From positions 2,354 to 66,353 of the forward strand of contig CAYZBF010000002.1 of the NCBI GenBank assembly GCA_964476585.1: a stretch of DNA of 64,000 bases, given 5' to 3'. The notes under the pieces were generated by a model. That model did not search any database and was not told the origin of the DNA. It worked only from the letters and a program-made list of their open reading frames with translations. Origin of the DNA: an uncultured bacterium (GTDB lineage Bacteria > Hydrothermota > UBA3072). Each line of letters begins with the position of its first letter. Within the stretch, counting starts at the first letter, position 1. The position numbers and the translations under genes are program-made. Shown here one piece after another: positions 46,212 through 55,879 of the stretch.

Positions 46212-47326
46212 CAGATAACCTCCTTTGCAGTTTTGAAGAATTCTCGTAATTCCTCTCCTTTTATTATATAAGGGGGTAAGAGGCGAACTGTATTCTCTTG
46301 AATAATATTTACAAGATAACCCTTATCCCTCATTATATGAGCAAATTCCTCACCATTTTCAACATCAAAAGCTAAGAATAAACCTCTTCCCCTTATTCTT
46401 AAATCACTCCTAAATTCAGAGATTACTTCCTTTTCGATATCCCTGATATGTTTCATAAGGTAATTCTGGAGTTTTTGAAGCACTACCCGGGCTAATTGTA
46501 ATGCCTTGAGATTCCCACCCATTGTAGTCCCATGGTCACCAATACATACCATAGAAGCTATCTTTTCTTTCATACAAACCGCACCAAGAGGAAGACCTCC
46601 ACCAAGTCCTTTTGCAAGGGTTACTATGTCAGGATGAAAATCTTCATGGAAAGAAACAAGGAATTCCCCCGTTCTCCCCAACCCAGATTGAATTTCATCC
46701 GCTATAACAACCGCCCTCTGTAATTGAAGTTTTTTCAAAACTTCGAAGCATTCCTTATTCATCACCCTAACCCCTCCTGCACCCTGAATCGGTTCAAATA
46801 TAACGATAGATGCATCTTCTCCTTTTTGCCAGAGATCTTCTGGATCATTCCAGCGAACAAACTCAACTGGAGCATCTATTCGCGGAAAATCCTGATGTAT
46901 AAATAAATGAGAAAGGGAAAATGCCCCTAAACTTCTTCCGTGAAATGAGCCTTCAAAAGCAATTATCTTTCCTGAATTTGCCTTCCATGCAAATTTTAAA
47001 GCAGCTTCATTGGATTCAGTACCCGAATTAGTAAAAAAAACCTTCCCTGTCCCACATAACTCATTTAGAATCGTGGCAATATCATTCTTAAGAGAATGCA
47101 CATATAGATTTGAAAGATGCGGAGTTATATCGGTCTCCCCAAGAATAGCATCACAGTCTGGATTGTGATAGCCTAAAATATTAACCCCAATCCCACCTAT
47201 GAGGTCAAGATATTTCTTATTGGAACTGCTAAATAGATAAACCCCTTCACCTCTCTCAATCTGAATCGGAATGTTTCGATAGATATTAAGATAACCCATT
47301 CCCCTGACAGAATTGGGGATTTTCAC
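46211..47326 (-). CDS. class III PLP-dependent aminotransferase (acetylornithine/omega-aminotransferase-like)
   Basis: IADEIQSGLGRTGE and TLAKGLGGGLP motifs. Confidence 0.8.
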   Translation of the reverse strand: MKIPNSVRGMGYLNIYRNIPIQIERGEGVYLFSSSNKKYLDLIGGIGVNILGYHNPDCDAILGETDITPHLSNLYVHSLKNDIATILNELCGTGKVFFTNSGTESNEAALKFAWKANSGKIIAFEGSFHGRSLGAFSLSHLFIHQDFPRIDAPVEFVRWNDPEDLWQKGEDASIVIFEPIQGAGGVRVMNKECFEVLKKLQLQRAVVIADEIQSGLGRTGEFLVSFHEDFHPDIVTLAKGLGGGLPLGAVCMKEKIASMVCIGDHGTTMGGNLKALQLARVVLQKLQNYLMKHIRDIEKEVISEFRSDLRIRGRGLFLAFDVENGEEFAHIMRDKGYLVNIIQENTVRLLPPYIIKGEELREFFKTAKEVI

Positions 47327-47586
47327 CTTCTAGGATTCGCCCTAACTTTTTCTATTGCTTCTATCACGATAGAGGTAATCTTTGAACGGAATCCAGAATT
47401 AACCATCTTGGTTTCTATGACCGCATGGCCGAGGTTACTTGTACCATACAATGGTTCAGCTTTATTTAGAGAAAGTGCAACAACTTCCTTCTTAAATGGC
47501 TCAATGTCTCTATACTGGGGATAATTCTTTATCAAACCATCCAGGGTACCCTCTATCATCCTTTCCATATAATTCTGCATAGTCAT
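47323..47586 (-). CDS. ComFB-family small protein
   Basis: VALSLNKAEPLYGT...VIEAIEKVRANPRR matches the ComFB pattern (ALNKLPPRY...NPRH). Overlaps the aminotransferase start. Confidence 0.5.
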   Translation of the reverse strand: MTMQNYMERMIEGTLDGLIKNYPQYRDIEPFKKEVVALSLNKAEPLYGTSNLGHAVIETKMVNSGFRSKITSIVIEAIEKVRANPRR

Positions 47587-47657
47587 AGAGAATTATATAT
47601 AATATAAAATATTTTTCAAGAGCTTTTTCAATCCCTAACAAATCCCGTGAATAACGG

Positions 47658-47690
47658 TTGACAATTCTCTATGCCTTGTTAATATTATAA
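47658..47690 (+). promoter_or_regulatory. candidate sigma-70 promoter for tRNA-Val/thrS
   Basis: TTGACA, then a 17-nt spacer, then AATATT, positioned so that +1 lies near the tRNA 5-prime end (47696). Confidence 0.35.
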
Positions 47691-47695
47691 CAGTT

Positions 47696-47768
47696 GGGCG
47701 ATTAGCTCAGGGGATAGAGCGTTTGCTTGACATGCAAAAGGTCAGTGGTTCAAATCCACTATCGCCCA
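47696..47768 (+). tRNA. tRNA-Val (anticodon GAC)
   Basis: GGGCGATTAGCTCAGGGGATAGAGCGTTTGCTTGACATGCAAAAGGTCAGTGGTTCAAATCCACTATCGCCCA folds as a perfect cloverleaf. The anticodon loop is UUGACAU. Confidence 0.9.
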
Positions 47769-47808
47769 TTAGTATGTAAAATAAATGGAATTATAATAAA
47801 TTTGATAA

Positions 47809-49731
47809 ATGAAAATAAAAATAAAACTTTTTATAAATGAGAAATCTTATATTGTAGAGGCAGAAGAAGTAATTACTCTAAAAGAAATACTTAAGAATCA
47901 AGATTTGTCACTTCTTGAAAAATACGCAGGAGCTTGGAGTAATAATAATTTTATAGATTTTCATACCCCTATAAAAGAAGGAGCTGAATATTGTCTCCTC
48001 TCTTTTGGTGACCCCCGAATATTCCCAGCCATGTGGCATACTACATCTCATATAATGGCACAATCAATAAAACGCCTCTACAATGTGAATCTTGCAATAG
48101 GACCCGCAATTGAAGAAGGATTTTATTATGATATGGAGAAGGATGTGCCATTCACTGACGAGGACATAGATGCGATTTCAAAAGAGATGAAGAAGGTAAT
48201 AGAAAGCGACTTTCCTATTGAGCACTCTATAATTTCAAAGGAAGAGGCGCGAGAACTTTTCAAAGACAACAAGTTCAAGTTAGAATTGATTCACGAGATT
48301 GAGGGGAATTCTGTTTCAATTTATAAGCAACACGAATTCGTTGACCTCTGCAGGGGTCCTCATTTACTTTCTACCGGAAAGATAAAAAACTTCAGATTGT
48401 TATCCGTTTCTGGTTCATATTGGCGTGGAGATGAAACCAGGGAATCGCTTCAGCGCATATATGGTATATCATATCCAAATAAAAAGGCTCTTGATGATTT
48501 CCTTTACCGATATGAGGAAGCAAAGAAAAGGGATCATAGAAAACTTGGTAAGAAGTTAAAACTTTTCAACATTTACGAGGAGTCAGGTCCAGGACTTGTA
48601 CTCTGGCACCCAAAAGGAGCAATAATAAGGGAAATAATAGAAGAGTATTGGAAGAAAGAACATATTAAGCGTGGTTATCAGATAGTTAGAACACCACATA
48701 TCGCAAGGGCTGAACTCTGGAAAAAAACTGGACATTTTGACTATTACTTTGAGAATATGTTCACCTTTGAAATCGATAACGCGGAATATGTAGTTAAGCC
48801 AATGAATTGTCCCTATCATATCCTCATTTATAACAGTGAAATCAGGAGTTACCGTGACCTTCCAATCCGCTTTGCAGAGCTTGGAGCTGTATATCGAAAT
48901 GAACGATCTGGTGTCTTACATGGGATGCTACGAGTCCGTGGCTTTACTATAGACGACGGTCATATATTCTGCAGGGAGGATCAGGTGAAATCCGAGATAG
49001 GGAATGCAGTGGACTTCGCATTTGACATAATAAAAACCTTTGGTTATGAGGACTTCGTAGTGCAACTCTCGGTTAGAGACCCCAAGCATAAAGAGGACTA
49101 TGCAGGAAGCGATGAAGAATGGGAAAGGGCAGAATCCGCGTTAACATCTGCTCTAGATGAGCGAGAAATAGAATATGTAAGTATGGCGGGAGAAGCTGTC
49201 TTCTACGGGCCAAAGATCGATATATCGATGAAGGATGTCTTGGGCAGGAAATGGCAGGGTCCGACCATTCAGTTCGACTTCAACCTCCCTGGAAGACTTG
49301 GAATGACTTATATTGGTGAAGACGGAAAAGAGCAAACTGTATATATGATTCACCGTGCTCTCCTCGGATCGCTTGAACGGTTCGTTGGAGGTCTTATCGA
49401 ACATTACAACGGAAATTTCCCCACCTGGCTTGCACCAACTCAGATCAAAATACTAACTGTAACCGATAAAGGTAACGAATTTGCTCTAAAAATACATGAA
49501 AAATTAATTGAAGAGAATTTACGGGTTGAGCTTGATCTTAGAAACGAACAATTATCAAAGAAAATCAGAGATGCAGAAACAGAGAAAATCCCCTATATGT
49601 TTATCATAGGAAGTAGAGAAGTAAAATTAGGAACTGTCTCAGTTAGGCATCACAGGGGGGGAAATATTGGTAGTTTTGGATTAGATGAAATTATCTCTCA
49701 AATAAAAGAGGAAATAAAACAAAGGAGGTAA
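47809..49731 (+). CDS. thrS: threonyl-tRNA synthetase
   Basis: N-terminal TGS domain, class II core motifs, C-terminal anticodon-binding domain; 640 aa. Confidence 0.9.
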   Translation: MKIKIKLFINEKSYIVEAEEVITLKEILKNQDLSLLEKYAGAWSNNNFIDFHTPIKEGAEYCLLSFGDPRIFPAMWHTTSHIMAQSIKRLYNVNLAIGPAIEEGFYYDMEKDVPFTDEDIDAISKEMKKVIESDFPIEHSIISKEEARELFKDNKFKLELIHEIEGNSVSIYKQHEFVDLCRGPHLLSTGKIKNFRLLSVSGSYWRGDETRESLQRIYGISYPNKKALDDFLYRYEEAKKRDHRKLGKKLKLFNIYEESGPGLVLWHPKGAIIREIIEEYWKKEHIKRGYQIVRTPHIARAELWKKTGHFDYYFENMFTFEIDNAEYVVKPMNCPYHILIYNSEIRSYRDLPIRFAELGAVYRNERSGVLHGMLRVRGFTIDDGHIFCREDQVKSEIGNAVDFAFDIIKTFGYEDFVVQLSVRDPKHKEDYAGSDEEWERAESALTSALDEREIEYVSMAGEAVFYGPKIDISMKDVLGRKWQGPTIQFDFNLPGRLGMTYIGEDGKEQTVYMIHRALLGSLERFVGGLIEHYNGNFPTWLAPTQIKILTVTDKGNEFALKIHEKLIEENLRVELDLRNEQLSKKIRDAETEKIPYMFIIGSREVKLGTVSVRHHRGGNIGSFGLDEIISQIKEEIKQRR

Positions 49732-49734
49732 CTT

Positions 49735-50265
49735 ATACCAAAAAAAGTAGAACGTAGAGTAAATGAACAAATAAAAGCTGAGAAAGTACTACTGATCGAC
49801 AACACAGGTGATAATAAGGGGATAACTACGAAAGAAAAAGCACTAACGGAAGCAAGAGAAAAGGGCTTGGATCTAGTTATGATGACAGCAGATGCGGATC
49901 TGCCTGTCTGTAAGTTGATGGATTATGGAAAATATTTGTATCGTGAGAAAAAGAAGAATAAGAAAGAACGAAAGAAGCAAAAACAAACACTAAAAGAAAT
50001 GAAATTCTATCCAAAGATAGATGATCATGATTATAAAACAAAACTCAGGCATATAAGAAGGTTCTTGAAAGAAAACAATCCTGTCCGTATTCAAATATGG
50101 ATGCGTGGTAGGGAAAAGTTGCATCCAGAATTAGCTGAAGAATTAGTCCAACGAATCATTGGGGATACTCTGGATATAGCAAAGATACAAGGAGAACCAG
50201 AACCTTCAACACACCGATATCAGTTTCAACTAATGCCTGTAGGAGGTATTGATGCCCAAACTTAA
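49735..50265 (+). CDS. infC: translation initiation factor IF-3, probable non-AUG (ATA) start
   Basis: The IF3-like sequence (PKKVERRVNEQIKAEKVLLIDNTGDNKG...) starts directly after the thrS stop in the same frame. AGGAGG lies 6 nt upstream of ATA at 49735. The first ATG is internal (49867). Confidence 0.8.
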   Translation: MPKKVERRVNEQIKAEKVLLIDNTGDNKGITTKEKALTEAREKGLDLVMMTADADLPVCKLMDYGKYLYREKKKNKKERKKQKQTLKEMKFYPKIDDHDYKTKLRHIRRFLKENNPVRIQIWMRGREKLHPELAEELVQRIIGDTLDIAKIQGEPEPSTHRYQFQLMPVGGIDAQT

Positions 50266-50443
50266 AACTAAAGGAGCGATTAAAAAGCGTTTTAGGCGTA
50301 CGAAAACTGGAAAGATAAAGTTTAAAAGAGCAAGGGATAATCATCTTCAGATAAAACACTCTAATAAGAACAAGAACCGAAGAAAGAAAGACAAAATGGT
50401 ATCAAAATCAGACAGAAAAAGGGTAAAAAGACTCATGCACTAA
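50249..50443 (+). CDS. rpmI: 50S ribosomal protein L35
   Basis: MPKLKTKGAIKKRFRRTKTGKIKFKRA is typical of L35. Confidence 0.85.
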   Translation: MMPKLKTKGAIKKRFRRTKTGKIKFKRARDNHLQIKHSNKNKNRRKKDKMVSKSDRKRVKRLMH

Positions 50444-50452
50444 GGAGGAGAT

Positions 50453-50815
50453 GTGGCAAGACATAAGAATGCAGTCCAGCAGAGAAAAAGACATAAAAAG
50501 ATATTAAAGAGAGCCAAGGGGTTTTTTGGAAAGAGGAAAAACTGTTACCGTATAGCAAAAGAAGCTGTAATGAAGGCACTTGCTTATGCATACCGTGATA
50601 GACGAAGAAGAAAGAGGGACTTCAGACGACTCTGGATTACAAGGATTTCCGCAGCTTCAAAGCAAAACGGACTTTCTTATAGCAAGTTTATGTATGGCCT
50701 AAAGAAGGCCAAGATTACACTAAATAGAAAGATACTCGCTGATATCGCTGTAAGGGAGCCAACAACATTCTCCCAAATTATAGTGATAGCCAAAGAGAGT
50801 TTGAATGAAACTTGA
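50453..50815 (+). CDS. rplT: 50S ribosomal protein L20
   Basis: [26 protein letters not shown]...[20 protein letters not shown]. Confidence 0.9.
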   Translation: MARHKNAVQQRKRHKKILKRAKGFFGKRKNCYRIAKEAVMKALAYAYRDRRRRKRDFRRLWITRISAASKQNGLSYSKFMYGLKKAKITLNRKILADIAVREPTTFSQIIVIAKESLNET

Positions 50816-51812
50816 TTTACTAAAAGAGAATGTAGAGAAAGAGATTAAAGAGGCTACTACTGCCGAAGAATTAGAAAAAATCCGCATAAAATACCTGGGG
50901 CGAAAGGGTGAATTAACTAAAATTCTACATTCTATTGGAGATTTACCCAAGGGTGAAAGGCCTGCAATCGGCAAAGCAGCTAATCGGTTAAATGCTAAAC
51001 TCAGCGGTCTAATCTTTGGCAAGAAAAGAAGCTTTGAAGAATCCAAGACTTTACAATGGAAGGACCTGAGTCTTCCCGGGAGAAAACCCTATATCGGAAC
51101 TCTTCACCCACTTTCTATCCTCTACCAGGAAACCATCGATATATTCATCGAAATGGGTTTCTCGATAGTGCTGGGACCGCAGATTGAAACAGAGTATTAT
51201 AACTTTACTGCTTTAAATACCCCTGCTGATCATCCTGCAAGAGACCTTCAAGATACCTTCTACCTTAAGGATGGAAGATTACTCAGGACTCAGACCTCTC
51301 CTGTTCAGATAAGAACACTTGAAAAACATACACCTCCAATTCGAGTCATATCACCAGGAAGATGTTACCGTGTGGACACCTTTGACCCTTTACACTCACC
51401 CGCTTTCATGCAAATAGAAGGTCTATGGGTTGACAGAAATGTTTCTATGGCTGATCTCTTTGGAACACTTAAGATATTCGCCAGAAAGATCTTTGGAGAA
51501 GACAGAAAAATAGAGTTCCTCCCATCCTATTTCCCATTCACAGAACCATCCGCTGACTTATGGATCCAATGCTCGTTATGTGGGGGAAAAGGATGTTCTG
51601 TATGTAAGAACAAAGGTAGAATAGAGACACTTGGTTGTGGCATGGTCCACCCAAATATCCTCAAGAATATGGGTTATCCCGAATTTACTGGATTTGCATT
51701 TGGAATAGGGTTAGAAAGGATAGCTATGATAAAATATAATATAAACGACATGAGATTGTTCTATCAGAACGATCTTCAATTTTTAAGTCAGTTCAATGAA
51801 AGTAAATTATAA
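50805..51812 (+). CDS. pheS: phenylalanyl-tRNA synthetase alpha subunit
   Basis: Class II aaRS motifs; position in the infC-rpmI-rplT-pheST cluster. Confidence 0.9.
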   Translation: MKLDLLKENVEKEIKEATTAEELEKIRIKYLGRKGELTKILHSIGDLPKGERPAIGKAANRLNAKLSGLIFGKKRSFEESKTLQWKDLSLPGRKPYIGTLHPLSILYQETIDIFIEMGFSIVLGPQIETEYYNFTALNTPADHPARDLQDTFYLKDGRLLRTQTSPVQIRTLEKHTPPIRVISPGRCYRVDTFDPLHSPAFMQIEGLWVDRNVSMADLFGTLKIFARKIFGEDRKIEFLPSYFPFTEPSADLWIQCSLCGGKGCSVCKNKGRIETLGCGMVHPNILKNMGYPEFTGFAFGIGLERIAMIKYNINDMRLFYQNDLQFLSQFNESKL

Positions 51813-53796
51813 TTGGCTATCCGAATGGGTAGACATTGATTTAGAACCGCATGATCTTGCAGATATACTTGATCATCTTGGAATAGAGGTCGAAGAGCTT
51901 GATCTAACTGGAAGTGATGCAATCTTCACACTTGAAATTACCCCGAATAGACCAGACTTACTCAGTATCCAGGGTTTATCAAGAGAGATTGCAGCAAAGA
52001 CGGATAAAAGATTAAAAAAAGTAATCGATTACCCACTCACAGTAGAAAAGAAGCAAAACAAAGAATTTGAGCTAACCGTTAAGATTGAATCCAAAGAAGA
52101 CTGCGCAAGATACGTAGCTTCTATAATTGACGAAATTGAAATTTGCCCCTCCCCACCAATAATCTCGGGGAGACTTGAAAAGTGTGGCATTCGTTCTCGA
52201 AACAACGTGATAGATATAACCAATTATGTTCAGATAGAAATTGGGCACCCACTGCATGCCTTTGACTATGACAGAATAGGTAATGAGATTATAGTCCGCC
52301 GCGCAAAAAATGGTGAAACTATAATAACCTTAGAGGGGGAGGAAAAGGCATTAACTAACTCAGATCTCGTTATAGCAGATAATAGAAAACCCATTGCAAT
52401 TGCCGGAATAATGGGTGGTGAAGCATCCGGAATTTGTGAATCAACACGAACTATAGTCCTCGAATCAGCATTCTTCAACCCAACACTAATCAGAAAGACC
52501 TCAAAGAGATTAAAATTATCTACTGAATCTTCATATCGCTTTGAAAGAAAAGCTGATATAGGTATACTCAAAAATGATTCGGCATATGCAATATATCTTT
52601 TAAAGAAATATGCGAACGGGAGATTGGTAAGTCCAATCATTGACACCAATCCAGATCCTGAACTCCACAGAGAAGTTTTGTTCTCTTATGAAAAAGCGAA
52701 CAAGTTATTAGGAAAGAATGTAAAAAAAGAAGAAGTTGACCAGATATTTAGTAAATTAGCCTTACAGAAAAGAGGAAATGATAATCATCCAAAAATACTA
52801 ATCCCTTCTTTTAGACGGGATATTGAGATTGAAGAAGATTTAACAGAAGAGATTGGAAGATTCATCGGTTATGATAATATTCAAACAAAATTTGGCTACA
52901 AGAATGAAAGCCCTATCTTTTTAGAAGGAAAGGAATTATTAGCAATTAAAAAAATTATGCCGTCTCTTGGTTTCTCTGAAGCAATAAATATACCCTTCAT
53001 TGAACCCTCATGGGCGGAAATCCAGGGTAAAAATCCAGTAGAACTCAAGAATCCGTTATGGAGTGATAAAAGTATTTTACGAACAACGCTCCTGCCCGGT
53101 TTACTCCTTAGCTTAAAAAGGAATTTAAACAGAGGAAAAGAAAGGGTGGATATCTTTGAAATAGGAAGGGTATTTACGTTGGATAGTGAAGAAGAAGAGA
53201 TGATCGCTGCGGTAGTGGCAGGCGAAATACCAGCAAGCTGGTATAAAGAACGGCACCCTGTTGATTTCTATGATTTAAAGGGTGTTGTGGAAACTCTCCT
53301 TGAAAAACTTAATATCCAGCAATATAAATTTTCGGAATGTAAAGATAACTTATATAAAAAGGAAAGAACCCTATCACTAGTAATTAATAACGAACCAATA
53401 GGTTGTTTTGGCCTCCTTTCGCAGGACATATGTAAGGTAGATACTTTCGGGTTTGAATTCAACCTCTATAAATTGTTATCGGGTTTAGAAGAAAAGATAA
53501 GATACAGTGGAATTTATAGGTATCCACCAATAAAAAGGGACCTTTCTATTGTAATAGACGAAAGAAAACCTTATGTAAATCTTGAAAACATCATAAAAGA
53601 AGCAATCAATAATGACGTCCAGATAGAACTGATAGATGTATATAGAGATGCCACTATAGGTAAAGATAAGAAATCCATCACAGTTAGATTAGAATTGTAT
53701 CACCCAGAGAAGACTCTGACTGATGAAGAAGTGGAAAATGATATTAAAAATGTAATAAAAAAACTCTCAGAGTTAGGAGCTCACCTTAGAAAATGA
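51796..53796 (+). CDS. pheT: phenylalanyl-tRNA synthetase beta subunit (short form lacking the N-terminal OB-fold tRNA-binding domain)
   Basis: B3/B4, B5 and FDX-ACB-like regions; 666 aa versus about 800 aa for typical bacterial PheT. Confidence 0.85.
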   Translation: MKVNYNWLSEWVDIDLEPHDLADILDHLGIEVEELDLTGSDAIFTLEITPNRPDLLSIQGLSREIAAKTDKRLKKVIDYPLTVEKKQNKEFELTVKIESKEDCARYVASIIDEIEICPSPPIISGRLEKCGIRSRNNVIDITNYVQIEIGHPLHAFDYDRIGNEIIVRRAKNGETIITLEGEEKALTNSDLVIADNRKPIAIAGIMGGEASGICESTRTIVLESAFFNPTLIRKTSKRLKLSTESSYRFERKADIGILKNDSAYAIYLLKKYANGRLVSPIIDTNPDPELHREVLFSYEKANKLLGKNVKKEEVDQIFSKLALQKRGNDNHPKILIPSFRRDIEIEEDLTEEIGRFIGYDNIQTKFGYKNESPIFLEGKELLAIKKIMPSLGFSEAINIPFIEPSWAEIQGKNPVELKNPLWSDKSILRTTLLPGLLLSLKRNLNRGKERVDIFEIGRVFTLDSEEEEMIAAVVAGEIPASWYKERHPVDFYDLKGVVETLLEKLNIQQYKFSECKDNLYKKERTLSLVINNEPIGCFGLLSQDICKVDTFGFEFNLYKLLSGLEEKIRYSGIYRYPPIKRDLSIVIDERKPYVNLENIIKEAINNDVQIELIDVYRDATIGKDKKSITVRLELYHPEKTLTDEEVENDIKNVIKKLSELGAHLRK

Positions 53797-53972
53797 AAGA
53801 AATGGAAATTGATTATATACGGAAGATTATAAAAAAAAGCATCCAGAGGATAAAGGAACAGCAGAGTGAAAACAATAGGCTCCGTTTGGAGCTAGAAAAA
53901 GAAAAGAGGAAAACAAAAAAAGCAATAGAAGAAATAAACAAATTGGAAAACGAAATAAAAGAGAGGATTTGA
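53793..53972 (+). CDS. small (59 aa) coiled-coil protein translationally coupled between pheT and zapA (ZapB-like?)
   Basis: ATGA overlap with the pheT stop; TGAGTG junction with the zapA GTG start. K/E-rich heptad sequence. It falls below the ORF-track size cut-off. Confidence 0.35.
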   Translation: MKEMEIDYIRKIIKKSIQRIKEQQSENNRLRLELEKEKRKTKKAIEEINKLENEIKERI

Positions 53973-54209
53973 GTGGGAAAAGAAGTGGAAGTAAAAATCT
54001 TAGGTAATAAATATTCCTTTCTTACAGATAGGGACACTAATGAGGCAATAAGAATTGCTATGCTTGTGGACGAAGAGGCAATGAGAATAAAAGAGGACGA
54101 GCCGTACTCTTCGGATAGCACTATTGCAATACTTACTGCCTTAAACATAGCAGATAAACTCTTCACTATTGTTTCTGATTTAGAAGAACTAGAACGCTAT
54201 GTAGAATAA
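53973..54209 (+). CDS. zapA: cell division protein ZapA-like
   Basis: VKILGNKYSF...ALNIADKL pattern and 78 aa size. Its position after pheT matches B. subtilis yshA/zapA. Confidence 0.6.
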   Translation: MGKEVEVKILGNKYSFLTDRDTNEAIRIAMLVDEEAMRIKEDEPYSSDSTIAILTALNIADKLFTIVSDLEELERYVE

Positions 54210-54263
54210 GGATCTTTAGGATTTTTCCCACTGCCTCTCATAACTTAGAAAGAGAGGGAAAAC

Positions 54264-55826
54264 ATGAGCGCGATAGTAACAATACTGATTTCTGTTATAG
54301 TAGCAATAATCTTCTTCGTAATTGGCTACTTCACTCAAAAGATAACAAGGAATAGAAAAATATTAACAGCTGAGCGAAAGGCCGAGAAGATATTACAAAG
54401 TTCTCGGGGAAAAAGTAAGGAGATAGAGCAGCAAACCAGAGAAAAAATAGAGCAACTAAAAAAAGTACAGAAAAGGCAACTAATCGAGGAAACAAAGGCT
54501 CAGAAAAGGCATCTCGAACTATGGGAAAAGGAACTTGAAAAAAAGGATGAAGAGCAAAAGAAAACCAAGGATTTCCTTTCCCAGCGAGAGAAAAACTTAA
54601 TGGTTCGCGAGAAAGAAGTCCAGCAGCAAAAGGAAGAGGTGGGTATCAAAAGAAGACGACTAACTCAACTAATTGAGGAAAATAATAAAAAATTGGAAGA
54701 TATATCTCGCCTGACCAGAGATGAAGCAAGAAAAATGATTCTCGAGAAAGCAAAGGAAGAAGCCGAGAATAAGGCAATCCAGATTGAAAACGAGATAATT
54801 AGCGAATCCAATAGAAAAGCAAACCGTAAAGCAAAAGAGATAATAACCGGGGCCATTCAGAGGTGCGCTTCGGATCTTGTATCTGATGCTACTGTCTCAG
54901 CGGTCTCGCTACCTTCTGAAAGTATGAAGGGCCGTATAATAGGGCGAGAAGGTAGAAATATTAGAGCATTTGAAAATGTGACAGGGATTGATGTGATTAT
55001 TGACGATACTCCGGAGACTATAACGCTATCTGCATTTGATCCGATAAAAAGGGAGATTGCCAGAATCTCTATGGAAAAGTTGATCAAGGACGGCCGAATT
55101 CATCCTGCCCGTATTGAAGAAATAGTGGAAAAAACAGAAAAAGAATTTGAAGAAAGAATTGTTGAGATAGGCGAAAATACAATGTTTGAACTTGGAATAT
55201 CCAAGATGCACGATGACCTTATCAAAATGGTTGCAAGACTAAACTTCAGGATGAGTTACGGGCAAAACGTACTTCAGCACTCAAAGGAAGTAGCATATCT
55301 TATGGGTTTAATGGCAGGAGAACTCCAGTTAGATATTGACATTGCCAAGAGAGCCGGGATCCTTCATGATATAGGTAAGGGTATAAGCCAGGAATATTCA
55401 GGCAGTCATGCAGAGATCGGTGCTACAGCTGCCAGAAAATATGGAGAAGATCCCATAATTGTCAACGCAATAGCTGCACACCATGAAGAGGTTGAACCCG
55501 CATCCCCCTACGCTGTCCTCCTTCAAGCCGCCGATGCAATATCAGGAGCAAGACCCGGTGCACGGCGGGAAACCCTGGCGGCCTATATAAGGAGGGTTGA
55601 AGACCTAGAAAACATTGCCGCTTCCTTTGAAGGGGTAAAAAAGGCATACTCCATGCAAGCCGGTCGCGAAGTCAGAATTATTGTAGAACCTGAGATTATA
55701 TCAGATAACGGAACAAGAAAACTATCCGCCAAGATTGCCCAAAGTATCGAGAAAAATCTAAAATATCCAGGAGAGATAAAGGTAACCGTAATACGGGAAA
55801 CACGATCAGTAGCCAACGCTAAATGA
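54264..55826 (+). CDS. rny: ribonuclease Y
   Basis: N-terminal TM helix, K/E coiled coil, KH domain (GRIIGREGRNIRAFE), HD domain (LHDIGK). Confidence 0.9.
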   Translation: MSAIVTILISVIVAIIFFVIGYFTQKITRNRKILTAERKAEKILQSSRGKSKEIEQQTREKIEQLKKVQKRQLIEETKAQKRHLELWEKELEKKDEEQKKTKDFLSQREKNLMVREKEVQQQKEEVGIKRRRLTQLIEENNKKLEDISRLTRDEARKMILEKAKEEAENKAIQIENEIISESNRKANRKAKEIITGAIQRCASDLVSDATVSAVSLPSESMKGRIIGREGRNIRAFENVTGIDVIIDDTPETITLSAFDPIKREIARISMEKLIKDGRIHPARIEEIVEKTEKEFEERIVEIGENTMFELGISKMHDDLIKMVARLNFRMSYGQNVLQHSKEVAYLMGLMAGELQLDIDIAKRAGILHDIGKGISQEYSGSHAEIGATAARKYGEDPIIVNAIAAHHEEVEPASPYAVLLQAADAISGARPGARRETLAAYIRRVEDLENIAASFEGVKKAYSMQAGREVRIIVEPEIISDNGTRKLSAKIAQSIEKNLKYPGEIKVTVIRETRSVANAK

Positions 55827-55879
55827 GTATTGAACAGACGGATTAGGAAATTTCACGAACTTAGAGAAAGAAGATTACG

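Noticed and set aside
47769-47808. T-box or operator-mimic leader for thrS
   Set aside because: Only ~40 nt separate tRNA-Val from the thrS ATG, which is too short for a T-box or an E. coli-type tRNA-mimic operator.
53813-54166. 117-aa minus-strand ORF
   Set aside because: It is antisense to the plus-strand small coiled-coil gene and zapA, which are translationally coupled to pheT. Its protein is low-complexity Ser/Phe/Ile-rich.
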